A DNA stretch of 64,000 bases from positions 450,956-514,955 of the forward strand of contig NMRA01000029.1 in NCBI GenBank assembly GCA_002633005.1. Direction: 5' to 3'. Of the stretch, positions 48,555 to 61,500 are shown piece after piece. Below the pieces are notes generated by a model. That model saw nothing but the letters and a program-made list of their open reading frames with translations. It was not told where the DNA came from and did no database searches. A program made the translations under genes and the position numbers. Within the stretch, counting starts at the first letter, position 1. Each line of letters begins with the position of its first letter. Source of the DNA: Phoronis australis. Its lineage: Eukaryota; Animalia; Phoronida.

Positions 48555-49555
48555 CATAGGCGGATTTAGGGGGGGACCAGGGGGCCGCCCCCCCCCCCCC
48601 TTGGCTGCCGCAAAAAAATAAAACAGCAAGAGCGTAGGGAAATGTTGAGTTTATTAATTAACCCCGGTAATTAATATTATACGGATGAAACAAGATTGAA
48701 ATGTGTGCAGTTTTAGTGTTTAGGGGGGGCTCAGATCAAATTTCAAGTGTCAAATTCGGAACACGGCGCATTCGTAACGGAACTATGGCTAAGTATAGGC
48801 TCTCCCGCGATATCCCAGGCGACCGGCAGTGGCTTTGCGCACAACGACTTCGTTTCCGTCGTCTGTTCCACTGTGCAATGAAGAAAATTTACTTCATTTT
48901 TTAAAGAAAATGGAACCTGAGTGACGATGAAAAAATAGAAGCTGCTGTTAAGATGTAACTTTTAATCGAAGCCTTAGTGAATCACTCAGAAACTCATAAT
49001 TCTCTCTTTGTCAAACCTTAACAAGACGATTTCCAAAGCAATCCCGTCATTATTGCCAAGACGAAAAACGGATTTGGTCTTTTGGGCATTTGAAGACTAT
49101 TTAAAATACAACAAATTTGTTAAAAACCGATTGCACAAAATATAAAACGTGTAATAAGCATTACAAAAAGAAATAGGTTTCGCGCGCAAACGCTGTGCAC
49201 CATAAACAAATAGGCCTAGTTCTCTTAGTATCAGATTAGGAGTTAAAGGGTGGTGGTGAAGTAGTAAAGCACGCGCACTCTATCCGCTAGGTCGTGAGTT
49301 CGAGTCTGCGGTACTTGCAGTTTTTCCTGTTTGACATGTTTCCGGTTTTTTTTTTGCTTTTTTTTCTTGGGTAATGCTTCAGGAATCAAGGAAAGTGCTT
49401 GATTTTTAGAGGAAAAACCGAAAAATTTTCCTGGTCGGTAGGGGACAAACCCCCCTCCCATTCGGTGCTATGCGCATCTACAATCGTGGTTTGCGCAAAT
49501 GCTTACAGCCGGACAAAATGTTGGCCCCCCTTGTGATATCCTAGATCCGCCACTG
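48555..49555. mobile_element. 1-kb non-autonomous element with 5-bp TSD (hAT5-like) containing a tRNA-like segment
   Basis: Ends CATAGGCGGATTTAGG and CCTAGATCCGCCACTG, flanked by TGAAC on both sides. Internal A and B boxes at about 49247-49312. Confidence 0.88.
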
Positions 49556-50421
49556 TGAACCCACCACTGTTGATCCTAGCCGTTGTTTTTCATTGCACTA
49601 CAATCTTATAAGCTCGCATGTGCACATGTGAACTCCATCATTATTAGCCGACTACCCTTTATGGAAGTAGATTTTGTTAGGTTTTGCTGGAACTCGATAG
49701 GTCGGTAGTAAAATGATATAGGCGAACGGCCATTTCTAAGGATTAACTGGAAAATGAATTCAAGGATATTCACAAAATTATCGTGATGTTAAGAATAAAG
49801 CGATTATACGTCACAGAACTCGATTGACTGCTGGTAAAATCTGCAAGCACCGGACTTTTACATTGGTTAAAATCGTCGAGGATTCATTGACCTCGTGTCC
49901 TTTGCACTTAAAGTAAACTACGGCATTAGTGTATCACAGCGCCTTGTAAACAAACCGATTTCGCATTGCTCTCCTCTTGGAGAATCGGCAATAAAATCCG
50001 AATTTCTCTTAAAGTGGCATTAAACCCGACCCGTGTTTACTGTCAGAAAAAAAAATAATTTAGGTCACTTACTTATGGTCTTTTCCTGTTCTTCACTCAG
50101 TTTAGAAGTGTTCTTGGGGCTCGGTAAAAACTGACAGCTCACTAGTTATTCATACCAAGCTCCATTCCAGATCACGCCGTCTGAGTTCTTTCCAAGCCCA
50201 GAAAACACCCATATTTTGACTGAGAAACCAATTTCACAACGTTAAGTACCCTCAGTCAAAAGTTGTCTTTCTACAGAAGTCACGGATTAATGGCGCTTTC
50301 AAGTATCGAGTGTATTCGGATGTTTAGTGATGACGTGTCATGGCAGCATAAATTATAGACAACAGATTCGCAACTCCGACATTTTCTTGTATAGTATTCC
50401 CGAGGAGGCACCACCCCCTAA

Positions 50422-50763
50422 CATAGGCGGATTTAGGGGGGCAGGAGGCCCACCCCCCCCCCCCCTTGGCTGGTGCAAGGAAAATTAAACAGCAACAGCG
50501 TGAATCGTGAGGTAATATTGGGTTACCGAGTTCACCAACTAGAAAAGGCAGTGGATGGGGGGCTCAGGCCCCAGAGCGCGGCGGAATTGTGTTCCGGTTT
50601 TTTTTTTAGTCTTCCGATAGAATTTGGGAACAACAGGTCCACATCGGCAGCCCCCGTAACTTTTGGGCCGCCTGTGCCTGTGCATGCCATCGCACTTTTC
50701 CCAATTCTCCGAGGCAACATGATGTTAGGCCCCCCTCCTTATGGTATCCTAGATCCGCCACTG
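50422..50763. mobile_element. MITE with 5-bp TSD (hAT5-like)
   Basis: Ends CATAGGCGGATTTAGG and CCTAGATCCGCCACTG; flanks CCTAA and TCTAA. Confidence 0.85.
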
Positions 50764-52106
50764 TCTAAACATAGTAAACTCAGATTCCGGTTAGTGTATT
50801 GTGACGGTAAATTCTTGAGGTTATTTTACTGTCCAGTACATTGAAAAAAAACAGCTTCGGCATTGAAATGTTGTTAAAAGTCTTCCAAAAGCAGAACTCT
50901 TGGTATCGTGAGTACTTTTGGCACTCGACCCACCCGACTACACAACAGTCGACCATGATTAGCAGACGACGTATTTGCCGGAAGTAAAACGTGCTATGAC
51001 TGCCAGGTGTCGCTAGTGAATAGTTACGTCACGACTTATGCGTAAGATTGCAGATTTCGTCCATTCAGAAAATATACGAAGTTGGCGGTCTATGTACTAT
51101 ATAGTCTATGATGGTAGTAGATGACGCTATTTGGACCCGGAAATAAGAATAGACATGCCGCCACGCGGCGTCCAAAACGTCATAATGACGTCAAAATGAC
51201 GTCATGTTCAACATTTACATAACAAAACCTGCCACTAGTGCTAAACATATTGTGTGTTTGTTTTGATTGCCAGCCTATGCTAAAATCGAACGGCTTTGAA
51301 TGGACAAATTAATTATAATACATGTCTTAAAAATATTTCTTCCAACGATTTGGACGATTTTTTCAAAATCTTGAAAGTAACTGGCAGACTTGAACGATCA
51401 GAGTGTTCCTGTGTCTTTTTTAAATGTTTTGTGCAGTGTCGGTCGAGCTTGTGGCTTCCAACGTCTGTGGATTGGCATATAAAACTCGAGTTCATATTGG
51501 AAAGCACAACACCAAGTGGCGTTGAACGTACACAGTTAATCCCTCTACATTGTTCTTCGACTTTTGCATTTCGAATGTCGGAATTTAAGGAGGAGCAAAT
51601 CGGAAGGTTCGAAAGCGCATTTTGAGAGTGACAACAGAATATTGCTTAAGGTGTTGCGTAAAAAAATATTGGTTTTAGGGTCACAATAAATTGATTCCAC
51701 AGTGAGACACGAGGAAAAGTGGTTACACTGACACTTCCGATGGTTATAAACAAAATTTCATCGTCTGAATTACTTACTCCTGCATCTAGTGATTTGTTGC
51801 CACAAACGGAACGCAAATGCACTGAGCTATATGTTTATAAACTCAAATAAAATCAGGACCCGTGACCAGTGGAGTCTAGAGTAAAGTTGGTGTTCATGGG
51901 GTCTGACTAAAACAATTTGTTATAACAAAGTGGTCGCATTAAATTGAAAGTTCTTACGCAGAACAATACAGGTACATTTATGATTTATTTAAATCAACAT
52001 TTGAGCATACAGGGACGAATTTCAAACGGATGCATGTGACCCTCAGATTATTGGATCAACCCGCTGTACCGAATGGCCATCTGGATTGCAAATGCGATTC
52101 ACTTAC

Positions 52107-52268
52107 CGACTTGGCAGGCAGTTATGTTGTTCCAATCAATAAAATTAGGTTCGCATTTTTTTCTATGGCATTGGCCGGTGTATGGGCTGCAACCTCTGTT
52201 GAACCCTGTCTTGTCGGCGCAGTGACAACGTCCGTAACAGTTTATGCCAAACATCCCATTTCTGCAAC
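52107..52268 (-). CDS. Receptor-like protein, exon 2 (EGF-laminin/MEGF-type Cys repeat)
   Basis: Acceptor TTTTATATAG, donor G|GTAAGT, 162 nt, phase 1-1. Translates CRNGMFGINCYGRCHCADKTGFNRGCSPYTGQCHRKKCEPNFIDWNNITACQV. Confidence 0.9.
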
Positions 52269-52667
52269 CTATATAAAACAAAGTCAGTGACCTAATACAC
52301 GAAATCATGGATTGAATTCAACGTTATGGATTCAACGTTAGTTCATTTCTTCAAAACATGAGCAGTATTTAATACAATATTCTCCGATGAATTTTGAATT
52401 TTGAGTTTCTTATGGTGCCCCAACAATATGGTCACCACAGTTGAATGACACTGAACTTTAAATTCCTTGAGATTGATACTAGATAACACAAATACATGTA
52501 GATACATGTATGTAGCGCAGCGGTTACGAAATAATTGAAAACGGTTTGCACCACGCACGTGATGTCTAGCACCCTCATTGTGCCAAATTTCATCCAAACG
52601 GAACAGGGCAACCCCCCAAATGAACGCTTGGACACGATGACAACAATACGCACCCTCCATATGCACG

Positions 52668-52681
52668 TACACGCACGCACA

Positions 52682-52712
<31 letters not shown>
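52668..52712. repeat. (CA)n microsatellite
   Basis: Direct reading. Confidence 0.95.
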
Positions 52713-53643
52713 GTGAAACCATTTGGAAGGCAGTGTATTTGAATTCGATGAAACTATTTTCACTATTCGCTTCGTGGTTGGCGGTGCAAATGCATGTACG
52801 TTTTGTATCTGGACTAGCCTGCAACACATGTACAGTGCCTATTGTGATGAAACCCAACTTAATTTTCAGAAAAAATGCATTTTATACTGTCATATATGCA
52901 AGTATTTAGGCACATGTTCCTATATCCAAAATATTTCGGCGCATGTACGTTTTAAACTGGGTGTTTTGTGTGCATTTCGTCGATTCTCATTTCTTTATAA
53001 TAGTTAACGTAACTAAAACACTAATAATCAATAGGATACACACACAGCAACGCGTTAAGACATATGTAGAGCATAGACACTAGACTGAGAACATGCCAGC
53101 ATTTATCGCTTTGCAGCGAATAACCTAGTCAGACTTCATTCACTTCCTCCATGGCCTTACTCAAATGTTTCGCGGACACCTAGGTCCAACCTCAAATTTG
53201 AATTTTCCTCTTTCACGGAGGTAGAAAATCTCATTGCATGATTGACCTACTTTTCACAATGCCTCAGGCAACGGACTCTCCCCCTTATTGCCAATTTCTT
53301 GGTGTCACTGTTGCAACTCGAAATTCAAGTTTGCCTGCATTGCTATAGTGACCACTACATTTTCATGTGCATTTACAAGCCTGGCACTTGTGTTGCATTA
53401 TGGTAAAATTCCTTAATTTGAGAATGGTGCTGTCACTGCTGTGATGCTTCAGGACGACTCAATTCAGGATAGATGGTTCTCACTTAAGGGCATTGGTCTA
53501 AGCGGCACGTGTACACTGTCTTGGCTCTAAACTCCTCACAATAGGCAAACTTATGCACTTGTTTTCATCCCATTGGCTTAAAAATTCTACCAGTGTAAAA
53601 ACAACAGTAAGTTTGCTCAGTACAGAAGTTTCTAGAGACTTAC

Positions 53644-53719
53644 TCGGTAAACTTGGTGGATGAAATGTTGCGCCGCAATAATCCAACAATGTGGCGCAAA
53701 TAACCATCAAAATGATCAT
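53644..53719 (-). CDS. Receptor-like protein, exon 1 (signal peptide)
   Basis: GCC-ATG context with an in-frame upstream stop. Translates MIILMVICATLLDYCGATFHPPSLP. Donor A|GTAAGT, phase 1, joins exon 2. The six exons total 2478 nt, or 825 aa plus stop. Confidence 0.75.
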
Positions 53720-55113
53720 GGCAGCTTTGAGAATTCTTCATCGACTTCTTTAAAACATTTATTTGCCGTAGTGGACGAACAGATTACACAAAAGTCACCT
53801 GGGCATTTTGACGTCATCTTTTGTTTGTTTATTATATCTTCAGTGCAAATTTCTTTAACAGAATAAGATTTTACCAGTCAAAACGTGAACGAGTGATTTT
53901 GTAGTGCAAGGACCCCGTGTCCCTCTAACGCTGTGTCCACAACACATACAGGTACAACTTGAACGCGACATCCGGGAAGAATGGCTTCTGACACGTGCTC
54001 TCAGACATTGAGCACGGGAACTCGGGCCGTGCCTCCCTCACCATAAACTCCAGGACCATTTCGGTGTCTAAATGCAGTAAGTACCAGAGCATTTACTGAA
54101 TAAGTGGCCCGTATGCTGGCAATGAAATACATACCTGCAACGTCGATTTCCGGCGAAAGCGCAATTTCACCTTTCGATTTTGGCAGATCTATTAGAAAAT
54201 TTGCATAAATCGTCGAGATACGTTTACTATAGTTTAGGATAAAATTGTACGTGTGGTGGATGGTGAACTTCGGCCTGATAGTGCGATCAGCATTCACAGA
54301 GCAGTTTCATGTGACTGTAGTTGGTACCAATCATAACAGCGAGGGCGATTTCTGTTAGGAGAAGTGTATCCTCGTAATTGAGCCGTCACAATTTTTTGTA
54401 ATGATTCTTCACACATGATTTAAGTTCTCAAAATAATAACAAGTACATCAATGAAAATGTATGCATGTTTGCAACAAAACAAAGATTCCACATACGCATC
54501 GCGATTAAGCTAATTAATTATCTACAAGACATTGTTTTACAGGGTTGCACGTTTCTTAGAATACATGAATTATACAGTTAATACTGAAATGCTACATACT
54601 TGAGCCCAGATATTTTGATCTCCAGAGCATTTATTAATAAAAAATTTACGAATACTTAAAGATGCGTTTCTCCCTGTTTGAGATGGCTAAAAACTAAATG
54701 CGAATTAGGTCTTCTAGGTCATCAACAACCAACAAAATCGTACTAAGTGAATTTCTACCTGTCCTACATCGTCACGAACAACGAAATACCTATTTTGTCG
54801 CAATTAGGCCTTTTACTCTTAAAAAATCGATCTCGTAAAATTGCCGTAAGAGGATTCTATTTCTGTGACTAACAAGAACATCGAAACCATCAGCGGCTTA
54901 AAAAACAGCTTCAGGGTTTATTGACGTTGGTCAGTAAATTTGCGGCTTTAAAAATTGCCTGTGACTTCTGTGTTTAGCTCATCTCTCCATAGATTCAGGC
55001 TAAACTCTTTCCGCCATCTATCAGAATTTATTCCCTCCGACGATCCGACAGAGGTCCCATTACACGGCACAAGATGCTGGTGACGACGTATCAGATATGG
55101 GCGAGGCTCCAGT

Positions 55114-55539
55114 GGCCGGTTGCATGAAACAGTCTCAAATAGATACTCAACTACATGTAAGTTCCTTAAATATTTTACGTATTTGTGCCGCTCTATATGA
55201 ACGGATCTATGTAATTTTTTTCTTTATTATGAGCTCATAAACTAATGACATTCCTAATAATATAACTGAAATTTGAGCCCTTTGTTCAAAGATAGCAAAT
55301 AGGGACTTGGTCCTTAAATTAGGGGCGTTTCATGAAATATCCCTACTTATTTTCGGTAATTTTGATAATTCGACGTAGAGTTCACTCTTGATTTGAATTA
55401 AATCCAAAAATTGGCTTATTATTGAAACTGAAACAGTAAAAGAAAGGACAATCATCGTTTTTCACATGTCCACAAATACGCAGTAAACTTAAGGAACGTA
55501 GTTGAGTCCCTGTTTGGGACAGTTTCATGCAACTGGGCC
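55114..55539. mobile_element. PIF/Harbinger-like MITE
   Basis: Imperfect TIRs of about 55 bp (GGCC(C)(G/A)GTTGCATGAAAC.GTC.CAAA.AG..ACTCAACTA); 3-bp flanks AGT and ATT. Confidence 0.8.
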
Positions 55540-58500
55540 ATTCCATCCGACGACGGTCACGAGACGAGACCGAAAGCTAATGGTTTCAAAAAACTTCCAT
55601 GTCTCTGACAGTAACATTCCATTAAACAATTTAAGAGCTGATGAGCGTGGTATTGTTTTTAAACCGCCCAAGAATTCATCCGTTATTGACAGCTAAACAG
55701 CGGCGAAATGGGATGTGGACACAATTGAATACAAGGTGAATTAGTTATGTAATAGTTGATGGAATCCAAAAGACTATATGATCCACGATGTTGAGTTCAC
55801 AAAAATGATGCCTGGATTATGGAAACTATTGAAAGATTCAGTCGTCACATGGATCTATGTGTTTATATTTTTGTTGTTCTGCGCTTTGTTCTGTCGAGTA
55901 AGAATATTGCCTAAAAATTCGGAAATTCCACTCAAGTGCTCATGGTTACTTCAATTAGAACTTCTAATGCACACATCAAGAGATCCCACTAGAAACATAA
56001 CTCTCGTACTACACGAAATTCGTCAGCGGCTTCGCATACACGTTCAACCACACAAATTTTCCTCGCACATTAATTATTTTGTGTCGTATACCGTAGTTCC
56101 TTGCTTCCAATTGACTACAATAAAGTTTTTCAAACTCAGCCGTTGACTACATGTATGTTGGGGCCTAGTGTATTCAAGAGGGGAGGCTGTTGGCGGCGGT
56201 ACCCGTTAGCTTAATGACTGAATAAGCTTAATAGATCATCATAGGTGTATCTGGATTTGGCTGTTCGAAGGTGGGGGGATATATAACATGGCTTTGCCCT
56301 AATATAAGCGTAGGAGAATTTCAGTCTCTCTCCGGTCGCCACCAACGTCATCCCCAAGGTTGCCACCAATTACACCAAGGTCTCGCCAACGGTTATTTCA
56401 ACTACTCTTCCAGTCTTCCCCAGACGCCACCAATTTCACCCCCCCCCTCCATTCTTGTACGTCTTAACCTTATTTNTTTCCCCGAATCTGGGAGGGCAAG
56501 TGCCCCCCCCCCCCCCATTTCCCATCCTCCCTCTCGCCCAATCGTTATCATTATTATTGTCGATGTTGTGGTTGTTGTACTTGTTATAGTATTCTTGTTG
56601 TTTTGCGGCGCTTTCCGAAGCGCTACTCAGAGGCCAACAGAGGCGGCGGGTATAGGGTCCGTCCCCTGGCTGCCAACATAAACAATTGTCTGTGAAATTT
56701 GTTGTCTTGTGATACAAATTATGATACTAATGAAAATAAACTATTTCACCCAATCGTTGGCGTTCAAGATTTGACATGGAAACCGTGCAATGTAAAATTC
56801 ACTCAACCATCCNCACCCTCCATGTGATGTCCTATCCACCCACCTAATCCCATTATTGAATAGCAGATTCCATTGCAGAAATGCACTTCGACACTATTCA
56901 GTCTTTACTTAGCTGGGCGCTCTCGAACACCTAAGCTCCTGCCTGCCTTGATCTGCCCAGGCGAAATAAGGTCGTTGTTCTTTTGTCGGTTTTCGTCTGA
57001 CCACCAAGCGGTTGAGTCAGTAAGCTGAAAACATAATCAATACCTGCAGAACGAAATACGTGTGGGTGAATTTAACGACTATCGATCATGGTATTTACAA
57101 GGATACAATAGCAAGATTCTCATGTCAGTGTGTGGAATTCTTATTGCAAAATCTGGTGAAAATATTGTCCGGGTTAAAGTTTCCATAGCTGTTTCTTTCC
57201 ATGGAAGGTCTACATGGAGTGACGACTCATCATGGACAGCTGAACGAATGACCTTCCAGCATTTTGACCTTGATAACAGCTCGCAGACGGCAAACGGCAG
57301 ACCTCTTGTGCCTGGTACGTGAGTTATGCAGTTAATGGTTTACACTCGTTTCGCTCTTGCGAGTGTTAATCTACCTACGGCGTACAACATGCCCTAAAAT
57401 TTTGAAGAGACAGACTTCGTTCCGCTCCGGTCCGGCAGTCTGACATCGTATCGGGTGTGCACCCGCAGTGACTGTGTCGTCTACTGTACAGTAGCTTTAC
57501 AGGCATGATACCGACGCCTTCAATGGCGTGAAATCGTACGCTAGGTCGCTCGTTTTCTTTCTATGATTTGTCGAAAACCCGTATTTTACTTATGTTCAAA
57601 TCTGTACTTGGTTTTCGTATAGCGTAGCATTCCTTGGTGAAAAATTACATTTATCGATCACAGCCTCAGAGACATACACGTATCACGTCGTGGGAAGCTA
57701 GCATAGCTTGTGTACCCTTCGTGTAAAATTGAAACCAGTTCCCGAGTTCCGCATAAGTGCAAAGTAAATAATAGTCTATGCCTACACACATTCAATCATT
57801 GATTTGCGATTCGCTTCAAATTTATCGGGAATGTTGTTTTTTTCCTTCGTGAAATTCGTGTTAAAGTGCAATATTCAAACAATGTAGTGCTTGAAGCTGT
57901 ATTTCGACTCTATTTAGCCGTCAGTGTTGGATTCTTAACCGAGGCGCTTGTCCAATCTTGAATTATTGTCGAATTTGCTAACCGGCAACTCAAGTCACAG
58001 GTACTGCGTACATGTGCCATTCTCAAATCCGAACTGAATTTTTGTGTTGGCCAACGCTCAAAACACAGAAGCGTTTCAATTTGTTGTTGGTGATTTCTAT
58101 GTTTTTGTTGGCCAATGGACATGGAATCCCATCATGGAAATGTTTTTTATTTATTATGAGACCGATTTTGTGAGAGTTAAATGCCTAATTCTAGTTTTCT
58201 GGCCAGCCTGAACAGAGCGAAATACATCTTTAATATTAAATCTGTATTTAAAAATTTTATGCATACACCCTGTACATCCGGCAATAGGTCAACTGACGGT
58301 ATATCCGGGCCTTACGGGTGTTCGTTTTTCTGAAAACATAGAGTTCTTAATTCACGGTTAAGAACGCCGTCAGCCTGAGTCCGTCTCTGAGTTGGAATAG
58401 TAGATCACCAGCAGGGGCCGCCATCGCATAGGTACATGAATGAAGTGGAGAGGATATGGGTGAGGGACGGAGCCTTAAGCTAGACCAGTTTGGACTCTCT

Positions 58501-61500
58501 GCCTGGTGGGATGCCAGTTTACACTGTTGTCGTTTCGTTATCAGCAGTATTCTGGGATGAGTTCTACCTCCCAGCCTTCCCTCGTAAGTTTCGCTCGAGC
58601 TAGTAGTGTGACGCGATAGCACCAAAGTTCGCCTTCCTGATTCGTCGTCGGTGCAAGTTCGTGGTACAGTGACAATTGGCTTAGAAACGTGTTAGCAACA
58701 GTCATCCAGAATAAATCTGTTATCATGAAACGAGATGATCGCTTCCAACAGTCAATAAATTGAACATGTTCAATTCAGTTTCTTGACAGTCTTGTAGGTT
58801 TGAAATGGACCACGCATAGCCGCTTTCACCGTGTAAAAAAGCCAACTTCTGTGAGGGTTCCTAAATATCCATGATAAGACCGTTTTACACCGCCCTCGAT
58901 CGGCAGCAAGACGAAGCAACTGGCGTACCCTATAGCAAGAGTGAAAGTTGAATCTCTACCGGATTTATAGAGGCAAAGAAGGGAACCCTTTCCGAAATGG
59001 ATTCCCTATAGGTGAAAACGAATATCTCGTTTCAAAAGGAAGAAAAGAATGATAATTGGGCACCTCTTTCAAACAAGGTGTGGAATTTTACAAAAATAGA
59101 AAAGAAAACCAAGGTTGTCCACCAATTATCCGGAACATCCACTTCCGCTCCAGTCGTCCAATAGTTCAGGGGACAAAATGTTTTGTTGTATAACACTTTA
59201 TTTCAAATTTCAACTCTTAACTCTTGATTGTCCAGCTGCCAAGAGTTGAGTTGACGTATCTCCTAAGTCAATAACCTCTTGCTTGTCAAGTCGTAAATTA
59301 CCTTAGTTAAAATAGATGAAACAATTTTAGAAATTTGTATTAGCACTTGGTCAGACTTTTTTCCGCGTTCTATATCAAATTGTCCTAGAAAACCGTATAA
59401 TTTGTGATTTATCACTGATATTGCTTGTTTCAGTGCAGTTTTCAGTGAAGCACGTACATTGATTTACCTTTCTTTGTAATTTTTCCAACACCGACGTATA
59501 CAAAATCATATGTAACTAGTATTGACAAGTGGATAATCCAATATATACACCTTGATGATGCCGTTATAAGGCGGACGGATATTAAAACGACTATGTTTAA
59601 GACTACTAAGAGTTCAATCATCACTCTGGAAACGCTGCAAAATTTCAGCAATTTTGGATTTCAAAATGGCAGCCATAATGAGCTAACTAAAGTACGTGTT
59701 TTCAAATTGTTCGCTTTGTGGTAAAAGTATGAAAGTTGGCGTAGCAGTTTTGATCAGACCAGCTACGCATCGCTATCACCATGGTTGCTAACCGTCACCT
59801 GGCTTGGATTTAAAAATGCTGACTCGGTGTTTTGTATATTTTTGGTTTGACATATAATTTCATAATTTATGACGTCACATCATATATCTATCTGCCACAT
59901 GAAAGAATTTTCCAATGTTAAAAAGTGACAGCTCACCCATGTTGCATTTCAAAATGTCTGACAGCCTCCCATTGTATCTACTCGCGTTGGTTGACACAGA
60001 AAACTGGCATCACTATCAAAACCTAGATAATTTAATTTGGATCACAGTGTTAATTTATTGTTTTAAAAAATGGAAAATGTATCACCCGTAGCGAATTTCA
60101 AAATATTTGCCATAATAATCAAACTAAGGTCGAATTTCTAGAATTTCATCATCATATGGCTTACTTCCTTCGGTCATTTGAAATCAAAAAGCAACTCATC
60201 TATGGACTAATGTGTTTGAGTGCCTCCTTTCAACCTACGTCAAACGCCACTAATGAATCAATTTCTTTAAGGTTTGTTTGTCGATTTAAATTTACAAGGG
60301 ATTTTTTAGCGCGTTAATAAATAAGTACATAATAAACTTGTCAGTCAACTCAAAGGTGGCAGCCCATGCCTACGGAATTGAGCACAAACCGCTGAAAGTA
60401 TTCTTACAGGGCAGTGTGTGACCAAATACTGTAATCGATACATTCAGAATCGTGATAATAGCATTTATTTTTAGTGATTGACCAACCATAGCTTCAATTA
60501 TTATCCGTGACGTCACACGAAACCGAATGAGATATCCTTTTTTGGAGATCGAAACATGCATTGAAACCTTCATCGGTCGGAAAATTGGAGCGAATTGAAT
60601 AAGTTAATCACCCTGTATGAGCAGCCTGTTGAAAGGGTTCACGTAATAAAAAAGTCACAGTCGTACACAAGTCCTGGGCACTCCTCAGGTGAAAACAAAA
60701 ATGACCGGAAGTTGAAAGATCACCGAGAAAATTATGGCTTAGAAATCAACAAGGCATTTAGTGGATGTATGTGTGGAATTTCATTTATTGCCTATTATCT
60801 CCTGTAAATTTCATGAACCAGCACGATGGGCAAACAACTTAAATGTTGATTTAAAAATCCGTAATTTCTGTAGTTACAAAGTTTCCATACATGATGTATG
60901 GCGGAGCTTGTCGAAACCGTACTAGCGCGGCTATAAATTCATTAGCACCACCTTCCCGATTTCTTCATTCAGTGTTTTCCAGTGTTTTTCTGACGATTCC
61001 TGAAAGCAAGCTTGTACATGTAGTTATAGAGCGCGTCCTGAGCATGACATCTGGGAGTCCCTCCCTGCTCGGGTTCAGGGTGCTTCACCCAAGACGTGTT
61101 TCGAAGGCATGTGCACTAACTTGAATCTTGGTGAATTCCAGTGGTTTCACAAATGTTTCACGTCTTTCAGTTCATTGGCGTGACTTGAAAGTCCAGAAAC
61201 TTACAGGTAGTAAGACACGACATTTACACGACCAACTCCCAATCTCACGTCCGATAGACGAGTCTGTCCTCTTCAGCAACTGTCGCTAAAACAACGCCCT
61301 TCATATGCTTTCTCAATAGTTATCCAGCATTTTGCATAATGTTTTGATTTTTTTTCACTGCAAACAGTATTGTACAAGTTCAACATAATTTGATTCTTCT
61401 TCCGATGAATTCTGAACCAGTTTAACTTTCTTGTTGTTATCGGGTCGGATGTCTTGATGCTTCTGTTCATGAATTTTATCTCTTTTGTCGTAAATATCTC

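Noticed and set aside
52343-53130. Cys/Val-rich ORFs and a possible Helitron/Helentron-type end (hairpin plus CTAG near 53103-53129)
   Set aside because: The ORFs come from the CA microsatellite, and I could not define the other end of an element.
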